A DNA stretch of 64,000 nt from Alphaproteobacteria bacterium. GTDB taxonomy: Bacteria; Pseudomonadota; Alphaproteobacteria; Bin95. Of this stretch, positions 10,392 through 22,373 are shown one piece after another. A program made the translations under genes and the position numbers. The notes under the pieces are model-generated. The model was not told the DNA's origin. It saw only the letters and a program-made list of their open reading frames with translations, and made no database searches. Each line of letters starts with the position of its first letter. The first letter of the stretch is position 1. The stretch lies in the NCBI GenBank assembly GCA_964291285.2, contig OZ219785.1, positions 128,001 to 192,000 of the forward strand, in the 5' to 3' direction.

Positions 10392-11660
10392 ATGTCAACA
10401 CAGACCGGCAAGCGCACTGCAAACCTCAAGCTCACCCTCAACAAGCGAAACGTCGAAGCCCTCAAGCCCCGGCACAAACCCTTCATCGCATGGGACGACC
10501 GCCTCACCGGATTCGGCATCCGCGTCCAGCCCTCGGGCATGCGCTCCTACATCGTCAACTACCGCGCCGGCGACGGCGGGCGCAAGGCCGCCAACCGGCG
10601 CCTCGTCCTCGGCCGCCACGGCCGCATCACCCCCGAACAGGCCAGGCGCCTCGCCCGGGAGACGCTGGGCCGCGTCGCCGCCGGCGAGGACCCCGCCGCC
10701 GGGCGCACCCGCGCCCGCGCCATGCCGACGGTGCGGGACGCCTTCGAGGACTATCTCGCCGCCGGGCCGGCGCGCAAGGACAGTACCGTTGCGGTATACC
10801 GCAGCACCGTCCACAAGGACCTCGGTGACTGGCTCGACCGCCCTCTCGACACCATCGGGCGCCGCGATGTCGAGCAGCGCTTCCGGCGCCTGAGCGAGAA
10901 TGCCGGGTGGGTGCAGGCCAACAATGCGATGAAGATGCTGCGCGCCCTCTACCGCCGCCAGTGCCTCGACCATGAGGGGCTGCACAATCCGGTGGACCAG
11001 TGGCGCGTCGCGGGCGGGCGGCCCCATCGCCCGAAACGGCGCATCATCCAGCCGCCGGCCGAGGTGCTGCCGCGCTGGCACCGCGGCATCGAGGCGGCGG
11101 TGCGTAACCCGGTCGCCCGCGACGCCTTGCACTTCGGCCTCTATACCGGCATGCGCCGGGCCGAAGTATTCGGCCTCGCATGGGCGCGGGTGGACAGGGC
11201 GGCGATGGTGTTCCGGGTCGAGGACACCAAGACCGGCGCGCCGTTGGCGCTTCCCGTCACCCGGCAGCTCGCGGCCATTCTCGAACGCCGCCTGGCCGAA
11301 CGCGACCGTGTCCCCGAGGCGAACCGGGGCTGGGTGTTCCCGTCCGAAACCAGCAGGTCCGGGCGTCTCACCGGCATGCAGCACATGAATGCGCGCATCG
11401 GCGAGGCGGGCGGCGCGAAATTCTGGTTCCATGCCCTGCGCAACTGCTTCATCACCGTCGCCGACCGCGACCTGATGCTGCCGGCCAGCCTGACCAAGCG
11501 GCTGGTCAACCACGCCCGGCCCCGGGACGTGACCGAGGGCTATGCCGCCGACTGGACCATGGAGCAACTCCGCGACGCCGCCCAGCGCATCTCTGACAGG
11601 ATCGACGCATTGATCCGCGAAGGCATTCCCGCGCCACCGGCCTTGCCGCCGACAGCATGA
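10392..11660 (+). CDS. Tyrosine integrase with arm-binding N-terminal domain
   Basis: WDDRLTGFGIRV arm domain; catalytic TGMRRAE, TKTG, HALR, VNH and TEGY all intact. Confidence 0.93.
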   Translation: MSTQTGKRTANLKLTLNKRNVEALKPRHKPFIAWDDRLTGFGIRVQPSGMRSYIVNYRAGDGGRKAANRRLVLGRHGRITPEQARRLARETLGRVAAGEDPAAGRTRARAMPTVRDAFEDYLAAGPARKDSTVAVYRSTVHKDLGDWLDRPLDTIGRRDVEQRFRRLSENAGWVQANNAMKMLRALYRRQCLDHEGLHNPVDQWRVAGGRPHRPKRRIIQPPAEVLPRWHRGIEAAVRNPVARDALHFGLYTGMRRAEVFGLAWARVDRAAMVFRVEDTKTGAPLALPVTRQLAAILERRLAERDRVPEANRGWVFPSETSRSGRLTGMQHMNARIGEAGGAKFWFHALRNCFITVADRDLMLPASLTKRLVNHARPRDVTEGYAADWTMEQLRDAAQRISDRIDALIREGIPAPPALPPTA

Positions 11661-11970
11661 CGCGTGGACCTTTTCCGGGCCCTCGACATGGGTGCGGGTG
11701 GTGATGCGCTTGCCGTGCTTCTCGATGGTGGCCTCTTGCAGGAGGTCGAGGTCGCGGATCAGGTCGTGCCATTCGATGCTGACGCCAGCGGCGGCGCATC
11801 GGTCGGCCAGTTCCTTCTGGAGGACCAGCGCGAGGAAGGAGCAGAAGACGTGGCCGCGGATCGCGGCGTTGCAGGAGTGGTAGATCGGTCGGGTGCGCAA
11901 CTGGGCCTTCGCCCGGCGGAACAGGTCTTCCACCGTGAGCAGCTCCCGGTAGCGGAGCACGGCGTTGAGC
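11661..11970 (-). pseudogene. IS1634-family transposase C-terminal remnant
   Basis: YRELLTVEDLFRRAK..LRTRPIYH...IRGHVFCSFLAL; no N-terminal part present. Confidence 0.7.
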
Positions 11971-12343
11971 GGCGTCATGCCGGCGTTGGTGCGCCGGCCT
12001 ATCTGGGGATATACCGGTGCGAGCCTCGCAAGGCGACGATGTAGAGGTCCATCGGGTCGCGGGTGCGGGAGACCGGGCGGCGGATGGCGTCGTGGCCGTG
12101 AGCCTCCCGCTCACCGGCGGCCTTGTCCGGTGCCGGCCAGCACGCCGTCGACCCGGGCGCGCGAGAGGCGGAACCGGCCCGAAGCTGTCCCCGTAGACAG
12201 CGCGTCGCGTCGACCCGGGCGCGCGAGACGCGGAACTCCCGCGCGATCGCCGCCGGCTGCGGCGCGACAATCAACTTGAGACTTCCGCGTCAATCAGGAT
12301 GAGACGAGGGAAGGCGGCGGCCCGGAACGGAGGGAGGGCGTAG

Positions 12344-14793
<2,450 letters not shown>

Positions 14794-14912
14794 CCCGAGG
14801 CCACCAGCTCGGCCGAACTGCCCTCACACTCACGGCCCGCGGGGATCGCCTCCGCGGGCCGCTTCATCTCCGGCCCACCGGACCGCCGCGACAATCAACC
14901 TAAATCCGGCAG

Positions 14913-16851
14913 GAGGCGTGTGCGCTGTTTGGAAGTGCTTTCTGAGCAAGGCATTGCGGAGGGTCTGGATTTTTCTTACCCCGTCAGGATGGCTGATTTC
15001 CGGGGTTTTTGCGGTTTGAAGGGAAAGGTTTTGTGGATTTCCACCCCATGGCCGTGCGCGGGCTGGTTTTCGGGCGCGTCGCGTTGAGGCGCGGGACTGA
15101 GTAGAAGGTGTCGCCATCGGGCCTGCGGCCCTTGTTCCATCCACCGGCGCTGGTTGGGAGAACGTGATGGCGACAGCGGAGAAGTTAGCCTTTTCGTGGT
15201 GGTCTGTGGAGGGCCTTGCGGACCTTGAGCGTCTGCGTGTGGTGCTCGACACGCTTCCCGACGAGAAGGTTGTGGCTGCGCTTGAGGCGGGTCGAGGCCG
15301 GGGTCGCAACGACTACCCGGTGCGGGCGATGTGGCGGGCTCTGATCGCGGGGATCGTGTTCCAGCATGCCTCGATGCAGTCGCTGCTGCGTGAGCTGGGC
15401 CGCAACCCGGCATTGCTTGAGATTTGCGGGTTCGAGGCGCTGCCCTTGCAGGGTGCGCCGGTGGTGGCGCTTTGCGCAGGGCGCGCGGTGAGGCGTCCGG
15501 CGCCGTTGCGCTCGACGGTGCCGGGCGCCTGGAACTTCTCGCGGTTCCTGGGGCGCGTGGTGCGCCTTGAGGACGAGCGCGGCCTTGTGTCGGGGATGAT
15601 CGGGCGTCTGCGCGCCTCGCTGTTCGAGGAGTTGCCGGACTTCGGTCGCCATCTCGGCTACGACGGCAAGGCGGTGGCGAGCCACTCGACGGGCCGGGTT
15701 GCCGGGGCCAGGGGGCAGACCTCGGACCCCGATGCGGACTGGGGCAGGCACGAGACGGGCGGGGTGAACGCGAAGACCGGCGCGGTGTGGAAGAAGGTGA
15801 AGTCGTGGTTCGGCTACGGGCTGCACCTGATCGCCGACACGGACCACGAGGTTCCTGTGGCCTTCGAGGTGACGCGGGCGTCGGCATCGGAACCCGGGGT
15901 GCTGTCCGGGATGCTGGAGGAGTTGTTCGCCGAGGCGCCGGAGATGGCCGGGCGCTGCGCCGATTTCAGCGCCGACCGCGGTCTCGACAACGCCCGCCTG
16001 AAGGCGCGGCTGTGGGACAGGTGGCATATCCGCCCGCTGATCGACACGCGCCTGATGTGGCGGGCGGAGAAGAAGGAGCCGGGCCATGACCCGGCCCGGC
16101 CGATCACGCGACCGCTGTTCCCCGGGCGCGCCGACGTCATCGTTCATGACGAACGCGGCCGGGTGTCCTGCGTGTGCCCGCAGACCGGCGAGGTCCGCGC
16201 CATGGCCTTCCAGGGGTTCGAGGCCGGGCGCGGCGTCTGCGGCACGCTCAAATACCGCTGCCCCGCAGCCGCCTTCGGCTTCGAGTGCAAGGGACGCCGG
16301 GCCTGCCATCGGGCGGGTGGGGTGAAGTCCGGCGAATACGGCCGCATCCTGCGCGTCGACCTCGACAGCCATGACCGGCGTATCTTCACGCCCACGCCCT
16401 GGGGCAGCCCGTCATGGCGGCGCGGATACAACCGGCGCACCGCCATGGAGCGGATCAACGCCCGCCTCGACCGCAGCTTCAACTTCGAGACCCATTACAT
16501 CCGCGGACGCGCGAAGATGAAGACCCGCATCGGGCTGGCCCTGGCGGTCATGATGGCCATGGCGCTTGCACAGGCCCGCGCCGGACGCGTCGCACGCATG
16601 CGCTCCTTGGTCGGCCCGGCGCCATACCTCGATACCGGCTGACCCCTCAGCCGACTGCCGACAACGCTGACCCAACCCGCCGGACCCCGGCATACGGACA
16701 AACGCGACCGAAGGCCGGCGATGCTGCCGGGCTGGGCCGCTCAAGTTCGAAAAGCAACCGCGGCGACCGCCTCGAACGCCGGAACAAACAACATCAACAC
16801 CCGGACCCAACGTCCCATCCGACCGGAAAAACCCCACAGCGCAAATTTCTC
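14913..16851 (+). mobile_element. DDE insertion sequence (IS1182/IS5-like; family uncertain)
   Basis: IRs GAGGCGTGTGCGCTGT / GAGAAATTTGCGCTGT; 5-bp TSD GGCAG (14908-14912, 16852-16856). Confidence 0.8.
15167..16642 (+). CDS. DDE transposase
   Basis: GRGRNDYP, YDGK, SDPDADWG, WFGYGLHL, ADRGLD, YNRRTAMERIN. Confidence 0.88.
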   Translation: MATAEKLAFSWWSVEGLADLERLRVVLDTLPDEKVVAALEAGRGRGRNDYPVRAMWRALIAGIVFQHASMQSLLRELGRNPALLEICGFEALPLQGAPVVALCAGRAVRRPAPLRSTVPGAWNFSRFLGRVVRLEDERGLVSGMIGRLRASLFEELPDFGRHLGYDGKAVASHSTGRVAGARGQTSDPDADWGRHETGGVNAKTGAVWKKVKSWFGYGLHLIADTDHEVPVAFEVTRASASEPGVLSGMLEELFAEAPEMAGRCADFSADRGLDNARLKARLWDRWHIRPLIDTRLMWRAEKKEPGHDPARPITRPLFPGRADVIVHDERGRVSCVCPQTGEVRAMAFQGFEAGRGVCGTLKYRCPAAAFGFECKGRRACHRAGGVKSGEYGRILRVDLDSHDRRIFTPTPWGSPSWRRGYNRRTAMERINARLDRSFNFETHYIRGRAKMKTRIGLALAVMMAMALAQARAGRVARMRSLVGPAPYLDTG

Positions 16852-16914
16852 GGCAGTTGACAGGCTTGATCGCTGTCTCGGGGTAGTGTGAACGGTCGGA
16901 TTTGGGCGTGGATT

Positions 16915-18480
16915 TCAGCCTGTCGGCGCGGTCCTGGGTGGCGGCAGCCAGGGTTGACGCCCCGGTTCGCGGCCATGGAGGTATTTCCTGAGCGCCTCGG
17001 CGAGGATCCGGCGCCAGCGATCCCCGGCGCTCAACTGCTCCGCAGTTTGCGTCAGCGACCGGAAGAAGCCGGCGATCCGGCGCAGCGCCGCCATCACCGT
17101 CTTGCGACGCCCGTGATGGGAGGTCACCGTCAGCCGGGTCTGGCCGGCGTGGTGGGTCTGGCGGGCAACCCCGTGCAGGAGCAGCGGCCGGCTGGTGATC
17201 GCCTCGCGGTGATGGTCGGGGTCGGCGAGGCGCACGAACAGGCTCCACCAGTTGTAGATGAGCGCGACCAGCCGGGCCATGTGCCGGCAGCGCGTCAGGT
17301 CGCGCGTGGTGAAGCCGCCCCAACCCCACTGGTTCTTCAACTCGTCGAAGCCGTTCTCCGCGTCCGCCCGGTCGCGGTAGAGCTGGGCCAGCGAGCGTAT
17401 CTCCAGGTCCAGCGAGGTCGCCAGCACCGCGAACTCCCACACCCCGGTGCCGGGCTGCGCCCCGGTCCAGAACAGCTCGCCCCGGGCCTTGTCGCCACGC
17501 GTCAGCGCCAGCATCGCAGGAAGCCGCCGGCGCAGCACCACAACCCGGCGCGTCCGGCTCCAGCCCTGCAGACGCAGATCGGCCCCGATCCCCGACCAAC
17601 CCTGGCCCGCATCCTCCCAGCCGTCCCGCGCCATCAGCCGCCCGGCAAGCCGGCGCGCCCCCTTCGTCAGGCGCAGCTTGAACAGATAGTCCGGACCCGC
17701 AGCCTCGCACGACGCCATGTTGGCCTCGCTGCCCCAGTCCTTGTCGCCCCGCACCAGACGCGGCCAGCGATCCCGCCCAAGACGGTCGAGCAACGCCCAC
17801 AAGGACGGCGCCGCGCGCCTCGAATGGTGATGGTTGCCCGGCGCCACCTCGACATCCAGAACAAGCCGCGTGCCCGCCATCAGGAACGCATGGCAGGCAT
17901 GCGAGGGGCGGCTCGGCTTCTTCGGGTTGTAGCTCACAACCGCTCCCTCCTGACGACCGTAAAGCGCCTTGATCGTCGTGTCGCAGTCCAGAACCCACGG
18001 CTCCCTCAGCAGCGGACGGACCACCTCGTCCAGATGGCCCTGAAGCCACGATGTGCCGACATCCGCACCGATCCGCTCCAGACCGCGCCGCACCGAATCC
18101 TCGCTCGCAACCTTGTCCATACCCAGCAGCGCAGGGTTCACTCCGTCGCCGCGCAGCGACGTGATGTGCGCATACCGCGATTGCCCCGCCAGAACCGACA
18201 GAAGAACCGTCCCCAGGACATCCCGCTTCGACGGCGCGTTCGGGCTCGTGTAGTGCAGCGGGCAGTCCGCAACCAAAGCGTCAAAGCGACCGCTTACCTT
18301 CAGGTATTCCGAGAAAAACGCCAGATGCCCCAGCGGCGTCACCGCCGCATCAGGGTCCCATTCCACATGAACCGCGCCGCCGAAGGTGTCCACCTTCACC
18401 GACGCTCGGGCGACATCCCGCACAGCGCCAGGATAATCACCCAAAGGGTGAGCCTCTTCGGCCCCTGAAAAGCCGCTCAT
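16915..18480 (-). CDS. IS1380-family transposase
   Basis: LDCDTT, YNPKKPSRPSH, VRGD, YRDRADAENGFDELKNQWG. Confidence 0.88.
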   Translation of the reverse strand: MSGFSGAEEAHPLGDYPGAVRDVARASVKVDTFGGAVHVEWDPDAAVTPLGHLAFFSEYLKVSGRFDALVADCPLHYTSPNAPSKRDVLGTVLLSVLAGQSRYAHITSLRGDGVNPALLGMDKVASEDSVRRGLERIGADVGTSWLQGHLDEVVRPLLREPWVLDCDTTIKALYGRQEGAVVSYNPKKPSRPSHACHAFLMAGTRLVLDVEVAPGNHHHSRRAAPSLWALLDRLGRDRWPRLVRGDKDWGSEANMASCEAAGPDYLFKLRLTKGARRLAGRLMARDGWEDAGQGWSGIGADLRLQGWSRTRRVVVLRRRLPAMLALTRGDKARGELFWTGAQPGTGVWEFAVLATSLDLEIRSLAQLYRDRADAENGFDELKNQWGWGGFTTRDLTRCRHMARLVALIYNWWSLFVRLADPDHHREAITSRPLLLHGVARQTHHAGQTRLTVTSHHGRRKTVMAALRRIAGFFRSLTQTAEQLSAGDRWRRILAEALRKYLHGREPGRQPWLPPPRTAPTG

Positions 18481-18690
18481 ACCCGCAGACTACAAGGGAT
18501 TCGGCAAGGCCAAGCCATCCTCAACTGCCGGATTTAGGATCAAAAATCCTCGGAACCTGTCGCGCCGCGACAATCAAAACCAAAAACCGCTTGCAATCCC
18601 CGCCGCGCGACACAATCCTCTCCCTCGTCGCTGCCGCCGGGAATCTCATCCTGATTGACGCGCGGCTCTCATCCAGATTGTCGCGCTATA

Positions 18691-18963
18691 GCCGGCCTGA
18701 GGCCGGCCTCGAAGGCGGCGAGGATCGGCCTTTTCCTGCCCCTGCGTCACCGGCCTGGCGCGCGCCCTTCCTCCGGATGTCTTGCCGGCCTGCCGCCCGC
18801 GCCTGCGGGCCTCGGCTGTCGCCGCTTCGACCGGCCGGTCGAGGTCCGCGTCGTCGAGATGGCGGAGCAAACGGTCGAGGCTCCCGCCGCGCTTTCCCGT
18901 CCCGCCACCCGAGCGCGCCGTCCTTCCTGCGCGTTGCCCCGTTTTCGTGGTCCTTCCTGTCAC
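18691..18963 (-). pseudogene. Small HTH protein interrupted by IS21 (continues at ~12257-12110)
   Basis: ILAAFEAGLRPA|AIAREFRVSRARV reads across the GCCGGC TSD; also frameshifted upstream. Confidence 0.55.
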
Positions 18964-19214
18964 CTACAACCGGTGAGCGCATCGCGTGTGCGCTGGTCGA
19001 TTGCAGCCCGAACGTGCCGGTGTGGCCATGGCCAGGGTGCTCTCCAGCTACCGGTCACCCGTGCCGCCGGCCCGCCGCCCGCCGTCGGGAACGCCGCCTC
19101 CCCCGCTCCGCGCCGGCAGGAGGGAAGGTCTGGCCGTGAGCGGGGCGGCGGTCGGCGCTTCGGAGAGCGGGGCGCTGCCGCCGGGTTCCACCACGGCACG
19201 ATGGAGACGGCAGC

Positions 19215-19547
19215 ATGACGGCAGCAACGATGGCGATGCCCGGCAATACGGCAAGCACGTTCCTGGTCCACTATTTCGGCGGCGGCCTCGACGGCGACGA
19301 CCGCTTCGTGGTCGAGCGGTTCCGCGCCCTGGCCTGCGGCGACATTCGTCCGGTCCGGGACGGTGAGGAGAACGCGAAGGGACGGCGCAAGGTCAGGCGC
19401 ACCGTGGTCTCGCGCAAGGAGGCCGAGGCGATGCGCCCGGAGCGCACCGAGATCATCGTGTGCACCGGCCTTCGCACCCGCGGCGGGAAACAGGCCTGGG
19501 GTTCGGTTGCGGCGGGCCTCCTGTGCGACCGCAAGCAGCGCGGCTGA
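19215..19547 (+). CDS. Hypothetical protein; paralogue at 63404-63718
   Basis: FLVHYFGGGLDGDDRFVVERF..GDIR matches FLVHVFGRGLQDDHYVVERY..GDIR. Confidence 0.75.
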   Translation: MTAATMAMPGNTASTFLVHYFGGGLDGDDRFVVERFRALACGDIRPVRDGEENAKGRRKVRRTVVSRKEAEAMRPERTEIIVCTGLRTRGGKQAWGSVAAGLLCDRKQRG

Positions 19548-19634
19548 GCGCTTTCCCGAGGGACGTCCCGCCGGCCCGGCCGGGTCGGCCGGGCGTCCCT
19601 CTTCCGTTTTCCCCACGGCAAGGAGAATGCTCCC

Positions 19635-20657
19635 ATGTGCGAGCAGCAGGACATCGGGGCCCGGCGCGCGCGGAACCTGGAGCGCTGGCGTCGTCGGGTT
19701 GCCGACCGGCGCGCGCGCGGCAAGTGCATCGGGTGCGGCAAGCGCGAACCCGAGCCCGCGCGGACCCTGTGCGCGCCCTGCGCCGAGAAGCGGAACCGGG
19801 CGAGCCGGGCCAGGGACGCAAGGCTGCGCACCGCCGGCCTCCCCCGGAGAGACCCCGACAAGGCCCGCGCCCAGGAGCGCGACCGGTCCCGCCGCGAGGC
19901 TGAAATGCGCCGCGACGCCGGGCTCTGCATCCGGTGCGGCAAGCAGCCGGCCGCCGATGGCCGTGCGTCCTGCGAGCCGTGCCTGGAGAAGCGCCGGGCA
20001 GCCGACCGCGCGAAATACGCCGCCGGGAAAGCCGCCGGCCTCAAGTATGGCGGGGCCGATGCCGAAGCCAAAAGGCGCGCCGCCCGGGCGAAGAGCAAGC
20101 GCCGCCAGAAAGTCCGGATCGAGGCGGGACTCTGTATCCGCTGCGGCAGGCAGCCCCCTGCCGGGGGCGGAACCACCTGCCAGCACTGCCGGGACAGGAG
20201 GCAGGCGGCGGAACGCCGGAAATACCGGGACCGGCGCCAGGCCGGGCTCTGCACCCGGTGCGGCGCCGCCGTCCATGACGGTCTGTCGCGCTGCGCTGCG
20301 TGTGCCGCCATCGAGGAGGCCAGCCACAACCCGGAGCGCAAGAACGCACGCTCGCGGCAGTTGTACGCCCGGCGCCGGGCCGCCGGCCTGTGCACGGCCT
20401 GCGGGGCGCCGTCACAGGGGGCGGCGCGCTGTGCGCCCTGTGCCGAGAAGTCGTATCAAGGCTCGGCGCATTTCAGGGGCATCCCGGTCCACGAGCCGGT
20501 CTGGACCGTGATCGAACTGGAGACCGGCCGCGAGCACGGTCCGTTCGACGATCCGGCCGATGTCGCCCTCTGCCTCGCCTTCGGGAAGCTCGACCGCAAC
20601 CGCGTCGAGATCGTCGCCGACGCCCCCGTCACCGCCTCCTTCACCGCCTGGACCTGA
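19635..20657 (+). CDS. Protein with five tandem CxxC-x(8-10)-CxxC repeats and a conserved C-terminal domain
   Basis: CIGC/CAPC, CIRC/CEPC, CIRC/CQHC, CTRC/CAAC, CTAC/CAPC with Arg-rich linkers; AGGAGA RBS upstream. Confidence 0.8.
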   Translation: MCEQQDIGARRARNLERWRRRVADRRARGKCIGCGKREPEPARTLCAPCAEKRNRASRARDARLRTAGLPRRDPDKARAQERDRSRREAEMRRDAGLCIRCGKQPAADGRASCEPCLEKRRAADRAKYAAGKAAGLKYGGADAEAKRRAARAKSKRRQKVRIEAGLCIRCGRQPPAGGGTTCQHCRDRRQAAERRKYRDRRQAGLCTRCGAAVHDGLSRCAACAAIEEASHNPERKNARSRQLYARRRAAGLCTACGAPSQGAARCAPCAEKSYQGSAHFRGIPVHEPVWTVIELETGREHGPFDDPADVALCLAFGKLDRNRVEIVADAPVTASFTAWT

Positions 20658-20847
20658 CATGCTGTCCCGGGCGGCGATGGCGGCGCTCGCCTGGCCGCGG
20701 TCCGCCGCGCCGTCCCTGTGTCGTGGAGAGGAGTAAAGCGCCTGCCGGGCGAGTGTCCGGCAGGGCGGAGGAGAGGACTCCCCGCCGATGCCGGATCGAT
20801 GTCCGGCACAGGTCGCCGGGCAGGACAACGGCAGAGGAGTTCCCGCC

Positions 20848-21054
20848 ATGTTTCATCCCGATACATCCCTCGACCTCCCGACCGGCTGCGACCTGCTCGC
20901 CGAACTCGGCGTCGACCGTCGCACCGTCCGCGAGATCGCCGAGGACGAGCGCGCCATCCGCTGTCCCGACCGGGGCGCGGCCTGTCCGGTGCACGGCTTC
21001 GCGAGCCTCTTCCCGGAACCGGCGTCGTCGTTCTCTCCGGGCGGTCAGGGGTAG
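20848..21054 (+). CDS. Small hypothetical protein
   Basis: GAGGAG RBS, GC3-biased codons. Confidence 0.5.
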   Translation: MFHPDTSLDLPTGCDLLAELGVDRRTVREIAEDERAIRCPDRGAACPVHGFASLFPEPASSFSPGGQG

Positions 21055-21158
21055 AGGAGGGCCTGAAGAGATTGAACGGGCAGGGGTTCGGGGGAGTGAC
21101 CCCGGCCCCGGTCGTTCGCAACCCATCGTCATCAACACGAACCTGAAGGAGTATCGCA

Positions 21159-21587
21159 ATGAGCTTCGGATTGAACAAGGTGCAGATCATCGGCCGCCTC
21201 GGCGCGGACGTCACCATCAACCACCTGCAGAACGGCGGCCGCGTGGCCAATCTGAGCGTTGCCACCGACGAGAGCTACATCGACCGGAACGGCAGCGGCG
21301 AGCGGATCGACAGGACCGAGTGGCACCGGGTCGTGACCTTCCAGGACGGGCTGATCGACATGCTCGCCAGGCACGCCACGAAGGGCCGGCTGGTCTACAT
21401 CGACGGCAAGCTCCAGACCCGGCGCTGGAAGAAGCCGGGCGAGGACTCCGACCGCTTCTCGACCGAGATCCTGCTGGTCCCGGGTGGGCGCGTCCAGTTC
21501 CTCGACAAGGCGAACGGCAACGCCGCGCAGCCCGGCCCGGACGCGGCGGGCGGCGACCCGATGGATGGGGATCAGATCCCGTTCTAG
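21159..21587 (+). CDS. ssb: Single-stranded DNA-binding protein
   Basis: LNKVQIIGRLGAD, TEWHRVV, GKLQTRRW, acidic DQIPF tail. Confidence 0.95.
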   Translation: MSFGLNKVQIIGRLGADVTINHLQNGGRVANLSVATDESYIDRNGSGERIDRTEWHRVVTFQDGLIDMLARHATKGRLVYIDGKLQTRRWKKPGEDSDRFSTEILLVPGGRVQFLDKANGNAAQPGPDAAGGDPMDGDQIPF

Positions 21588-21773
21588 AGCTTCCCGTTCT
21601 TCCCCCCCCCCCCACAGGGCCGGCGCCTCGCGCGTCGGCCCTTTTCTCATGCGGGCAGGTTCAAGTCTCGCCGCGGCGCATACGGGAGTGGGAGCGAGGC
21701 TGGAAAGCGGGTGAACCGCGCGAGGAGGAGAGGGAGCCCGCTCGCGCACCCGTCACGCTACCCGGAGAACCCG

Positions 21774-22001
21774 ATGAGCACCATCTCCTTCCGCCGCATC
21801 GCCCCCGACGAATCCCGCATCTACCGGGACGGCGACCATGTCGGCGACGTCCACGCCTTCGACGACAGCATCCGGCCGGGGCGCAGGGTGTTCGCCATAC
21901 ATCTCGACGAGGACCCGCGCGGGCCCGTCTATCTCCACGACCGCACCCGCATCCGCGAGGTCGCCGGGCGCCTGGTCCTCTCCCATCCCCTGTGGGGTTG
22001 A
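21774..22001 (+). CDS. Small hypothetical protein
   Basis: GGAGA RBS, GC3-biased codons (MSTISFRRIAPDESRIY...). Confidence 0.6.
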   Translation: MSTISFRRIAPDESRIYRDGDHVGDVHAFDDSIRPGRRVFAIHLDEDPRGPVYLHDRTRIREVAGRLVLSHPLWG

Positions 22002-22373
22002 CGCAAGGGCGGGCAACGGCGCCTCCCGCTCCGGCGCCGTGCCGGCCGAACCGACGATGGGGTCCGTGCAGGGCGAGAGAAATACGCCACCCCGCTGTGA
22101 TCTCCAATCGTGTCACACGGGCTCGCGACAGCAACCCCTGCGGGGTCCTCCGGTCGCTCCGCTCCCTGCGGCCCGGCCAAGAAGCTCCAGGGGCGGACCG
22201 TGAAAGTCGACGACCGTGAAGATCGCAGGGCGATCTTCCGCACCACTCGCCGACTTTCCGCACCACTCCGCCCAGGAGCTTCTACGCCCGGGTGCTTCTG
22301 CTGCGCGCGCGTGCCCCGACAGGACATCACAACGGGGATCGGCCCCGAACGTGAAAACCGAAAGGAAAACGAC

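Larger units (their letters stand above)
14899..18538 (-). mobile_element. IS1380-family element (one IR interrupted by another IS)
   Basis: IRs CCTAAATCCGGCAG at both ends; 5-bp TSD ATCAA (14894-14898, 18539-18543). Confidence 0.85.
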
